Assembly (NCBI GenBank): GCA_002245135.1
Contig: NGBS01000875.1
Coordinates: 248,001-269,695, forward strand
DNA: 21,695 bases
Source: Proteromonas lacertae
Lineage: Eukaryota
Direction: 5' to 3'
The notes below the pieces were generated by a model. It was not told the origin of the DNA, did no database searches, and saw nothing but the letters and a program-made list of their open reading frames with translations. This document shows, in pieces, positions 1 through 9,793 of the stretch (positions are counted from its first letter, which is position 1; the number at the start of each line of letters is the position of its first letter). The translations under genes were made by a program, and so were the position numbers.

Positions 1-2
1 TG

Positions 3-113
3 TACTTGTTTTATGTTGGGAATATTTTGTGGTTGATGATCCGTTATCCATCAGGAAATGAGATAATTGAAGAAGAATTAAGATTAGTGGAAGACAATAG
101 CGAATTTTTATAA
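3..113 (+). CDS. 3' end of an upstream host gene (YLFYVGNILWLMIRYPSGNEIIEEELRLVEDNSEFL*), possibly a membrane protein
   Basis: Only + frame open from the window edge to TAA 111-113; hydrophobic stretch followed by an acidic tail. No family recognised. Confidence 0.45.
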   Translation, partial: YLFYVGNILWLMIRYPSGNEIIEEELRLVEDNSEFL

Positions 114-660
114 TGTTTTAGAAGAGTGATCAATTGAAAGAGTATATAGGAAAAACAATATTTAAATGCATTTTAAAACAATTCAATTTGATGAAGTAAT
201 AAAACTGCAGTTGTATTTTTCTTATAAACAACGAGATCTTTCTTAAATACAGAATATTTTTAATGGGATTAATCAAAACGACTATATCATCGTGTTAATG
301 CAAATAATATTTAAATCATATACAATTTTAATGCTTAATTTCATGCGGATATTGGTATATAGATGATTAACGTTTGCCAAAGAAGGCGTTATAACAGTTA
401 ATTAGCTTTAAATAAAATAGAAGATTTAAAAGGTTATGTTTCACCTTAATTGCAATTTGTAATACACTCTGATACCATTAGTATCTATATTTTCCTACTT
501 ATCAAGTATTTATTTAGTATCCTATTAGCTGCTTATTAATCATGTACTATTAACATAATCTTATCAGCAAGGTAGTATTACTCACATTTAGATGCAATAA
601 TTACATAAAAAAATTAGTGTGTGTAAGTTGGTTTTTTTCGTTGAAGTACCCCAAAAGACT

Positions 661-1997
661 ATGAATCAAGCATTTGATGATTTTTCTTCTGCAGAAGAAT
701 GCTTATCGTTACTTGTATAACTCACGTTTTATAAAAATAGAGGAAAGGGTTTGATAGGATGAGAGGAAGAACACCTTCAAATAAATCAGCAAGTCCTTAC
801 ATGCCGCTTGCTCACACAAGTCAGTTGATAGCTGAAACATTTTATAGTATTTTTTTATTGTTACAGTTTTTTACTCTAGTGAACTATTATGAAGTTAATA
901 TAATCGAAGAGAAATACCTTGATTTATGGAGTAAAAATTGCACACTTCATTTTGTGCAGCTGTCTACTATCGTCAGTGTATTCAAACTATTCAGTTTCGG
1001 ATTTGTAGACAAATTTTTCCCTACTAGTATATATAAAAATGAAAATCTATATATTTGTGCAGATCGTATAACATACAATCAATTCTTCCAGTTCGTCTGT
1101 GTAATGTCATTGTTTGATTTTCAACAAATTGTTTCATTAATGATTGGAATTTGTAGAATACAATCAAATGTAATGATAACTCATGACCAAGTAATTGAAG
1201 TGGTAAGAGTGTTTGATAAAGATAGGTTAGTTAATTTAGATGATTTCTTTACTGAAAATTTAATCAGTGTTCCTGAGTATATATATAATATACATATATA
1301 TATAATATTATTTATTAGTATAAAAAGGAAGACTTATTCATTGAAAGGTTTTATTAATTTTTTAAATAACACTGAATTACTTCAAAAGAATTTCATCAAA
1401 TTACAAAACTCATTAGTTTCACAAATACTAACTGAGAGACATAAAAATATAATATTAAATAGATTTCAATTTTATACATTATGTAAAAGAGGAACTCTAA
1501 CCAATCAATTTATACCAAAAGAATCATGTTTAAGTTCATTCAGTCGAAGGTTTACTGGTGAACCACCTCCCTATCATTATGATTATATATTATCCAATAC
1601 AAAAGCAGAATTTCTATATACAGAGAATAATATTGACGTATTGGTGTTATTAATAAAACAGAATTATGGATATGGAAATAGAGCTTCAAGGTCATCCAAA
1701 GCGTTAAAGACAACAATGAATAATTCAACTAGATCATCTTCTTATGCTGAATGTTCTAGTAATAAGAATTCATATATTAATAATTCTACTTTAATTTCTC
1801 CAAGTTTATCTCAATCTCCATTACTAGATCATTCATTATTGAAGAATAAAATGAATGGAAGAAGACAGAAATTTATGTCAATTCATTCTATTAAGATTGT
1901 TAATGCATGCCATACACCTTGTTCACAAAATCATACTCTTTATCCATCTCCTAGTGTTTCACCTAAACCAGAAAATTATACAAATAAAATTACTTAA
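661..1997 (+). CDS. Uncharacterised host protein, tandem paralogue A (possible degenerate EF-hand region, Ser-rich tail)
   Basis: ATG 661; GT-AG introns 715-740, 847-879, 1027-1062 and 1277-1318 placed by alignment with B and C. Shared motifs IAETF, KYLDLW, FFP, YSLKGFI, EPPPYHYDY, LIKQNYGYG. Confidence 0.8.
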
Positions 1998-2485
1998 AAA
2001 GATTGTTTGTGAAGACAAACAGTAGTATGTTGTAACATAGTATGAAATGAAGTGTTTTATAGTCATTTATATATAGATATCGTATACTTTAATTTGTAAC
2101 ATATTTAAATTTTATTAATTTATTATTTATGAATAATATGGTTTATTTCAAGATGTTACATAATCAAAAATGTATCAATTACTTATGTGAACTGTAAAAA
2201 ATATTCTTTTAATCACATTCTTTTGTTTATAATCAAAAGTATATAAAATGCAGCAAACATAACATTTCATTGGATAGTGCAAATAAGATATATATCAGGT
2301 ATAAATTCAAAAAACACTATTTTTCTTTGAGACTGAGATTGAGTATAATAATCGCAGTATAACGGCTATTTTCATTTCTACACTGCAATAATATCTATTT
2401 ACACTCAAAATAATGATTTATCAAGGATAAATCATCCTACCTAAGTGATTTTAATGTGTAACGGTTTTCATAATAGAATTGAAAA

Positions 2486-3750
2486 ATGATTAAAACACAA
2501 CATATTGATGAAATCAAGGATCCAAATGCTCTCATAGCTGAATTAGTATGCTATTGACATTTATATTTATCTAGAACTTGGGATATAAAAAATATAAACG
2601 ATCTATTTTCTCATCTGCTGATAGATCTACGCTTTTGTTACTATCTCCGATTAGTGTCAACATAGCTGAAACCTATTTCAGTATTTTTGATTTTATAAGT
2701 CATTTATAGTGAATTTTTTCGAAATTAATAAAATACTTGGTAAATATTTGGAGTTATGGAATAAAAATAGAGAGTTATCATATGTACGGTTGACAACATT
2801 TATGAGTACTTATCATGTTTTCAATACAGGAATATTGGACAAATTCTTCCCATATGGTATTATTTAGTAAATGTTACATTATATTTAGGTCGTATTTACT
2901 ATGATCAGTTCTTTCAATATGTGTGTATATTGTCTTTTTTTGAATACAATCAAATAATCTCTTTAATTATGTCAATGTGTAGGATACATTCCAATGTTTT
3001 TATAACCAAAGAGCAGATAGTTGCATTTATCAGTACAATAGATAAATCAAATCAAATCAATTTAGAAACCTTTTTTCTTTCACATTCAATGAGTTTGAAA
3101 GAGTATAATATTATTATTTATATTTTATTATTAGTATAAGTACTAAAACCTATTCTATAAAAGCATTTTTAGGATTTATTAATGATTCAATAGTATTCCA
3201 ATCAATTATTTATCAATTAAGATTAGTTATATTTTCAGATATATTTCCATCAAAATATCAACATATTGTATTGAATAGATATAATTATTACACATTCATG
3301 CCAAATGGAGAAGATTTAGCAACAAAACCAGTTGAATCCTGTAGTAATCATTTAAGAAGGATATTTAGCAGAGAACCATCTCCTTTTCACTATGATTATG
3401 CGATTGTTAATAATAATAATAAGAGAAAAGATGCTTCTATGAATCATATTGATGAATTATTGTTAATGTTAAAACAGAATTATGGATATGGCTATAGAAT
3501 GCATAGTACTTCTAGAACATGTTATTCTGCTTCTTTATCCAAAGGTAGACTCTCCTCTTCGAAATCTAATCATTCAACCCAATCAAAGCTTTCTACTTTA
3601 CAATCAAGATATTCTATTTGTCCAATTAAAGAATCATCTAATGATGGTAATTACAATAGTGCTAATAAAATAATACAAAGGAAAACTATGAATAAAAAAA
3701 GTAAATCATTTAATATTCCAAAGTGTAATTCTCTGTTCCTCCAAGATTAA
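2486..3750 (+). CDS. Uncharacterised host protein, tandem paralogue B
   Basis: ATG 2486; introns 2546-2574, 2681-2709, 2857-2888 and 3103-3134 give a continuous frame. Motifs IAETYF, KYLELW, DKFFP, EPSPFHYDY, LKQNYGYG. The C-terminus may extend to ~3803 through a 1-nt indel. Confidence 0.8.
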
Positions 3751-4005
3751 TGGATGGAGGAAGATTCAGAAATAAATCTGTTGAAGAAGTTTTTATTCCT
3801 TGATACTTTATGTGGATTTAGGATTTATTTATTCTATGATCTGAGGTAAATGAGTTATTTTATGTTATTTATTTTATTTATGTATCATTCAATTAAGAAT
3901 ATGTTATTTATTTATTGTGAATTTGTGTTGATTGTGGTTTTATACAGATTTTATGTCAAAAGCGTAATTTACCTAATTCGTTACATTTATCAATTTTTTT
4001 TTAAT

Positions 4006-5324
4006 ATGTCTTTTGTCGTCTATAAAGACGATGGTCATACCAAAAATTTAGAACCAAACGTACTAGTATATATTATGGTCTATATTGTTGTTAGACACTT
4101 GCTTATGAATCATATAAAACAAAGAATATTCGGAAAAGAGAAACATTATATTTGCCTCTTACTCCATTATGCAATATCTGTGCTGAAGCATTATTCTGTA
4201 TATTTGCTCATTTTACCCATTATAGTAAATAAACTTGAAATCAATAGTATATTAGAAGTTTATCTAGACATATGGGGGAAGAACCAGCATCAGAATTTTA
4301 TACCTCTATCTACTTTCCTTAATGAATTCCAATTTTCTTGTATCCAAATGATTTCCCTATTTTTTCCTCGCGGAGAAGTATATTACGATAAGTTCCTCCA
4401 ATTTGTATTTGTAATTGTATTCTTCAACAATGTACAAATTATATCACTCCTATTAGCAATGAGTAAGATCCATTCTAATTTATTTATTACATCCAATCAA
4501 ATTAATCAGTTTACATCACTTTTTGATAAGACAATCGTACAAAGTTTAGATTTGTCTGCCTTTTATTTAAGTGATCAAGCTTGTGCACATAAGTATATAT
4601 ATATCAATTAATTATTATTATTTATAATAGTTTACCACAAGGTAATTACTCAATGAAAGGTTTCATTAGTTTTGTAGATGCTTCTGTTGCTTTTTCCAAT
4701 TTTTTATATGGTTTAAAATTGAAAATGTTAGAAAAAGTGATAAGTTCAAAATCGTACTACCAAATTGTAAATAGATATACTTATTATTGTAATACAAGCA
4801 ACTATTCAGATGTACGAAATAATAATAAAACTCCTACTGATATAACAAATACAAAAATAGCTTCAATATATCCAGAAGCAATACTAATAACTCAGAAATC
4901 AACATTTCGAATAGAAGAAGAGGAAAAACTACAAATTGAAGCTAAATCTAGATTAAACAAAGTCCCTAGCGAGTGTTGCTGTAATAAAATTATTCGATTC
5001 TACAATGATGAGCCTTCCCCTTATCATTTCGATTATTATTTGTCAAAACCAACATCACATAACATAGATAATTTATTATTTCAATTAAAACAGGCATATG
5101 GTTATGCAAAAAGAACTTCAACATCTTTTAGAACAAGAAAATCAGATACAACTACTGAAAGTTCATCACGAAGTTCATTAAATATGAAAATTCATGCAAA
5201 CTCATTGAATTTGTTGATTGATTCACACAACAATAATATAAGAAGTAGAAGTGGTAGAAGAACAATGTCTGTGAAAACTGTTACTCCAGCTACACAGAAA
5301 ATAAATGTAAAATCATATGAATAG
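4006..5324 (+). CDS. Uncharacterised host protein, tandem paralogue C
   Basis: ATG 4006; introns 4066-4094, 4198-4225 and 4593-4630 give a continuous frame. Motifs CAEALF, YLDIW, FFP, YSMKGFI, EPSPYHFDY, LKQAYGYA. Confidence 0.8.
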
Positions 5325-5797
5325 AAGGAAGAAAGATATATATATGGTTTTTCTTCTTTTTTACACACATTTTGTACATAATAATTATCACAATTTAGGA
5401 TTAATATGTTATAATATGTAGTAAAATATTAAGATAGTATTAAATAGGTTTTTAGTATATATATTTAATGTTTTTCGTCTAATTTATCACTATAAAATAA
5501 CAACATAATATTATAACAAAAAGAAAAAAAAAATTATTTTAATATCGTCTAAATTAACTCTCTCTTTCCTTCCTTCACAATTACTTCTTCATCTTCTACT
5601 CTTTTTCTCACTTACACCAGCATAATCTATCAATATAAAATAGTATATAACCATGTTCGTATGTTCAGCAGCAACCTGCTACGAGAAAAGCATGATCACT
5701 GACTCTAACATCCTCTACCTATAGCACTTATTCACAGCAACATTTTATAATAGAAAATGTCACGTAAATTATCAATCAAGCGCATTTTAGAAAATTA

Positions 5798-5868
5798 AGC
5801 TCGGGAATAAAAATCTCAGCAGCGATATGTCAGCCGAAAGATGGTAATTAATGAATATCCTCATAGCT
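5798..5868 (-). ncRNA. Box C/D snoRNA, snR39/snR59 (SNORD32/SNORD51)-like; predicted guide for the LSU rRNA Am807 (yeast numbering) equivalent
   Basis: C box ATGAGGA; guide ACCATCTTTCGG directly before D' CTGA, complementary to conserved LSU CCGAAAGAUGGU; C' TGCTGA; D box CCGA; terminal AGC/GCT stem. The +5 rule gives the second A of GAAAG. Confidence 0.8.
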
Positions 5869-6002
5869 CGAATGTGGTAGATTTTGGAAGAGGAATTAAC
5901 TGATTATAAAAATATATACCTTTATTCAGCAGTTTAACACGTTTTTGATAATTGTTTTTCTACCTATAAGCAAATAAGAATATGAATAAAAGAATAATTA
6001 AT

Positions 6003-6108
6003 ATAATATCAGTGTAACTATGACATCAAATCAAAAATCCTCAATAATCCATAGCTTTCCAAAACGGTAAGACTAATGGTTAGGTTACATGGGTTCACAT
6101 CATATATA
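6003..6108 (-). ncRNA. Box C/D snoRNA, snR63/SNORD46-like; predicted guide for the LSU rRNA Am2256 (yeast numbering) equivalent
   Basis: C box ATGATGT (6103-6097); 3' end GTCATAGTTAC-A-CTGA with the guide complementary to conserved LSU GUAACUAUGAC; AT-rich terminal stem. Confidence 0.85.
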
Positions 6109-6139
6109 ATATATAAATCAATAAAAAGAAACAAAAAAA

Positions 6140-6218
6140 TAATCAGAAGTTGGATATATGGTTTCATACGCTTAAAAAGCGTCCAAATGAGGAATCCGAT
6201 CCTTAGTTCATCATGTTA
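6140..6218 (-). ncRNA. Box C/D snoRNA, target unassigned
   Basis: Perfect C box ATGATGA (6214-6208) and D box CTGA (6146-6143), about 72 nt apart; short TAA/TTA terminal stem; GC-richer than the flanking intron; internal GCTT/AAGC hairpin. Confidence 0.7.
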
Positions 6219-6332
6219 TAATAGTAGTAATAATATATACCTTTTACATCATTGAATAAAACAAAGAAATGCAAAATGCAATAAAATGTAATTCATATTT
6301 TTTGACATAGTAATAGTCAGAATTACATTTTT

Positions 6333-7536
6333 ATGGAATCTGAGGATTTAACACTACTACAAGTGAATATAATAACAAGACATGGCTCTAGATGCCCATT
6401 GAAAAATTATGAAATAGGAGAATCAAAACAAAAAGAACTTGATGATTTTTGGAATGAACAAATACTACAGAAAGATGATGTAGATAGAATAAACACATTA
6501 TTTCCATTGGAGGATGTAAAACTATATCCCAGAACTGATCCATATGGTAGATTAACTAAAACTGGATTTAATCAAATGTGTGATTTAGGAAAAAGAATTG
6601 TATTATTTTTTATAAATTATATTTTCAATAGAGATCAAAATATATAAACAATATTTTTCTAAAAGAGCCATTTCGAAAGAAAGAAGTTAAAATCAAATGT
6701 TCTGGGTTTGAAAGAACACAACAGAGTGCTCAAGCAATGTTATTAGGATTATTAGATCTGAAAATAACTTCAAATAAACCAAGAAAAGATTGGTATCCAG
6801 TAGTTCATACATATTCTACTCCTCCATCCATTTTTGATCGTATTTTTTATTATTATTATTATTTTAATTATAGCAAGTGATGGATATACAATGAATCTTC
6901 GTAAAGATAAGGAATTGATAAATGAAATATTGAGAAATACAGAAGAATATACAAAAATAATACCAGAAATTAATAAATATGTAGATGTGTCAAAATTCAA
7001 TCCTAGTTATTCATTTTTATATCAATTTGATTATTTTAGGACTTATATTGATAATAATTACCCAGTAATTCCAGAAATAGAAAAATATAAAGATATTGTG
7101 TTTAAAAATGTTGAAGTTTATTTACATTCGTTTTATAAACAGCCAAAAGTGTATAAATATTGCAATGAAGGAATTTTGACTTTAATATACAAAAATATGT
7201 TAAATAAACTTCATAATTGTATATATATATATATTATTTAATTGTAATTTAGTTAAACCATTGAAATTGTGTATATTATCTGGTCATGATTTAACAACTG
7301 CATGTTTAATGTATCAATTCAATAAAGAAGAAGCTTGTAAGAGATGGCCAGATTATGCAGATAATGTTTATTTTATATTGTTATTTTATTATATTTTATA
7401 GATTGAAGTGAAATTATACAAAGATAACGAAGATAATCATTATTTTGAAGTTTTTCATAATGATAAGTCAATTATAATAGATGGATTTGATAGATCAATA
7501 TTGCCTTTGTCATGTTTTAAAGAGTTATTAGTGTAA
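6333..7536 (+). CDS. Histidine acid phosphatase (branch 2, lysosomal/prostatic acid phosphatase family)
   Basis: Catalytic RHGSRCP, GRLTKTG, ERTQQSA, SGHD and WPDYA motifs. Introns 6600-6631, 6840-6873, 7219-7252 and 7366-7401; stop TAA 7534-7536. Confidence 0.9.
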
Positions 7537-7642
7537 TATAGAAAAATATATATTTAAATAATACAAATGTTTATTATAAATCATTAACTTAAATATGTTT
7601 TTTAAAGGATTTTTATTATAAATTGAATTGTTTTACTATCTA

Positions 7643-8605
7643 TTAATGCCAATACAAACTAATTACTTTGTTGATCTCATTAACACATTCCTCATTTGAT
7701 AATTTCTCTATTCCATCATACAAATGTATTTTTTCGCATTTGAATAATGGTAGACTATCTCTATAGAAATAATCTAAGGTAAAAAATGGGTGATTTAAAG
7801 CTTGAAAAGCACTTATTCTCTTTGCAGGATCAACTTCCAATAGTTTCTTTATTAAGTCCACTAAACAAGGATCTAAAGCATATAACCTTCCATCCAATTT
7901 TTGATCTAGCCTTTGGAACTGAATCTCAATATCTTCACCACCTTTTATCAATGGTTCTTCCATTATCATCTCATAAAATATACATCCCACTGACCACATA
8001 TCAATGGATTCATCGTATACACCTTTGCTAAATAGTTCAGGAGATCTATACAACAATGTAACAACTTCCTGGTTATAGTCAATATTATCAGACCTTAAGC
8101 AGGACAAACCGAAGTCTGCTATTTTTACACACAAATTGTCATCTAACAATATGTTATCTGGTTTTAAATCTCGATGAATCACTCCTTTTGAGTGTAAATA
8201 ATGAACTCCCTGTAATATCTGATTCATTATAGACTTATAATACTTTCTATTCTCGTTAATAAAGTAGGCATTATGTATAAACACCCTTAAATTTGAATTC
8301 ATGTAAGGGTAAAGAATATTCACTCTATCCAGATTGTCATACATACCAGGCATTAAAACTTTGTGTATACCCAATATATTTTCATGGCGTAACAATCCAC
8401 CTAACATGATCTCTCTTAATAGACTATTTAGGGTGACATGGTTAGTATCAATTGATTTACATGCATACACTCTTCCTGATAAGTCACACTTTACAGATAT
8501 TACTTCCGATGTTACACCACTCCCTAAATACCCCTCGGCTTGATAGGTATTGTATGATACATGTTGAATTGAAACTGGAGAGCCAATTCGGTTGTATTGA
8601 TCCAT
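7643..8605 (-). CDS. Intronless CMGC-group (MAPK/CDK-like) Ser/Thr protein kinase
   Basis: GSGVTS Gly loop, ACK Lys, LLREI, HRDLKPDN, DFG, VVTLLYRSPE, DMWSVGCI, RISAFQALNHPFF. Confidence 0.92.
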   Translation of the reverse strand: MDQYNRIGSPVSIQHVSYNTYQAEGYLGSGVTSEVISVKCDLSGRVYACKSIDTNHVTLNSLLREIMLGGLLRHENILGIHKVLMPGMYDNLDRVNILYPYMNSNLRVFIHNAYFINENRKYYKSIMNQILQGVHYLHSKGVIHRDLKPDNILLDDNLCVKIADFGLSCLRSDNIDYNQEVVTLLYRSPELFSKGVYDESIDMWSVGCIFYEMIMEEPLIKGGEDIEIQFQRLDQKLDGRLYALDPCLVDLIKKLLEVDPAKRISAFQALNHPFFTLDYFYRDSLPLFKCEKIHLYDGIEKLSNEECVNEINKVISLYWH

Positions 8606-9050
8606 CGAAATAGAATTTGATGTAAAAATAAAACAACACTATAAAAAATAATTCGCATTGAATTTTATTTTGCAAATAGGATTCCAATACTTGGCTCAGA
8701 TCTGGTTTGTCAATATTTGACTTTTATACCTTTTTCTTTTGTTTTTTTCATTATGTTAGAGATTAAATTAAGATAAGATTTTTTGTATATCTAATAATCT
8801 CATATTCTGCTTTATATATAGCTATAAAACAAAGAATTCTATTTTTTGATGTATTTTTGAATGAAGTGAAATATAAATACTAACTATATAAACTTGAAGT
8901 ACAGTACATACTAAGTTAAATTATACCATAAAATAAAAGCTGCACTTGCAGTCTAAAAAAATATGAACAATTTTCTCAAGTCCTTTAATTTTTACTATTT
9001 TATATATATATTTCTAAACAACAAACAAAATTAAAGGTATGGTAATATAT

Positions 9051-9167
9051 GTATAACCGTAAGAATATCACTGTAGGTGGGTAACCCGTACCAGACTATT
9101 CTTAGGTGCCTTCTACAGGTAAGAATAAGCGATTTGAGTGTAAATTAGTTTTTGGTACGGGTTATAC
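9051..9167. repeat. Nested inverted-repeat cluster (candidate terminal/origin structure or structured RNA)
   Basis: TAACCCGTACCA 9082-9093 is the exact reverse complement of 9153-9164; TATTCTTA 9097-9104 pairs with TAAGAATA 9120-9127; GTAAGAATA is repeated at 9059 and 9119. Confidence 0.6.
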
Positions 9168-9311
9168 TGGAGCAAGTGGTGAATTTAAATTTCTTTATAT
9201 ATTTTAGTGTATGAGTTATTTTATGGGTTAAAATTTTTTTCTTTTGTTTTTTTATATATAATTTCATTTAACTTTTTCTTATTGTTTTTTATCAATCATA
9301 ATTTCAAAAGA

Positions 9312-9665
9312 ATGTCAAGAATTTGGATCGAGAATGTTAATATAGAAGATAGAAATAAGCGAGAAGATGAAGAATTTGAAAGAATCTATGCAATCATTGA
9401 AAGTGAAGTAGCTAGAATAGTAGCTCAACCACCACCGCCATCACCTCCAGTAGTAATGTGGTATACTTCTGATACAGCTGATGAGGATGACAGAAAGTAT
9501 GAAGAATGGCGTGCAATTCATAAACCAACCAGAGTAGCACAAGCAACCATACGCCCTAGAAAATGGGTTGATCCTGAAGAAGAGCGCAGAAAAACAAAGA
9601 TGTTAAAGCGTTATGGTATTGATGAAAAGAACATCATTGAAGAAAGACTAAGATTTCATAACTAA
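9312..9665 (+). CDS. Viral hypothetical protein (117 aa) with a Pro tract and a C-terminal IDxxNIIxxRxR motif
   Basis: First ATG after a T-rich leader; charged, natural composition; TTCATT..TTCTT motif about 31 nt upstream. Confidence 0.65.
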   Translation: MSRIWIENVNIEDRNKREDEEFERIYAIIESEVARIVAQPPPPSPPVVMWYTSDTADEDDRKYEEWRAIHKPTRVAQATIRPRKWVDPEEERRKTKMLKRYGIDEKNIIEERLRFHN

Positions 9666-9793
9666 TTCTTAAATCATTGGTTTTAATTGAATTTTTGTTA
9701 TTTGATTGGCTGAATAGAAATAAACATAATATTACATAATTCTTTTCATTCGTAAATTTCTTGCGATTTTTGAAATAATTTACATAAATTAAA

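Larger units (their letters stand above)
5550..6290 (-). ncRNA. Spliced non-coding snoRNA host transcript (ends approximate)
   Basis: Minus-strand splice sites AAG|GTATAT at 6240, TTATAG| at 5964, AAG|GTATAT at 5919, GATAG| at 5627. Introns of 277 and 293 nt contain C/D snoRNAs. The joined exons (middle exon 5920-5963) give no substantial ORF. Confidence 0.7.

Noticed and set aside
1995..2012. TGTTTGTG just after the stop of paralogue A, resembling the Blastocystis TGTTTGTT polyadenylation motif
   Set aside because: It is a single imperfect instance not clearly repeated after the other genes, so it cannot identify the host.
3730..3803. Alternative C-terminus of paralogue B (SVPPRLMDGGRFRNKSVEEVFIP*) in the -1 frame
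   Set aside because: It resembles the A and C tails only weakly and needs an unverified 1-nt indel.
3850..4611. 253-aa ORF as a stand-alone membrane protein
   Set aside because: It is read-through of AT-rich upstream DNA, introns and a frame-shifted exon 2 of paralogue C.
8982..9037. 11-bp inverted repeat CCTTTAATTTT/AAAATTAAAGG around a (TA)n tract, as a TIR or MITE
   Set aside because: It is low-complexity AT-rich sequence with no target-site duplication seen, and the opposite end of the element is unavailable for comparison.
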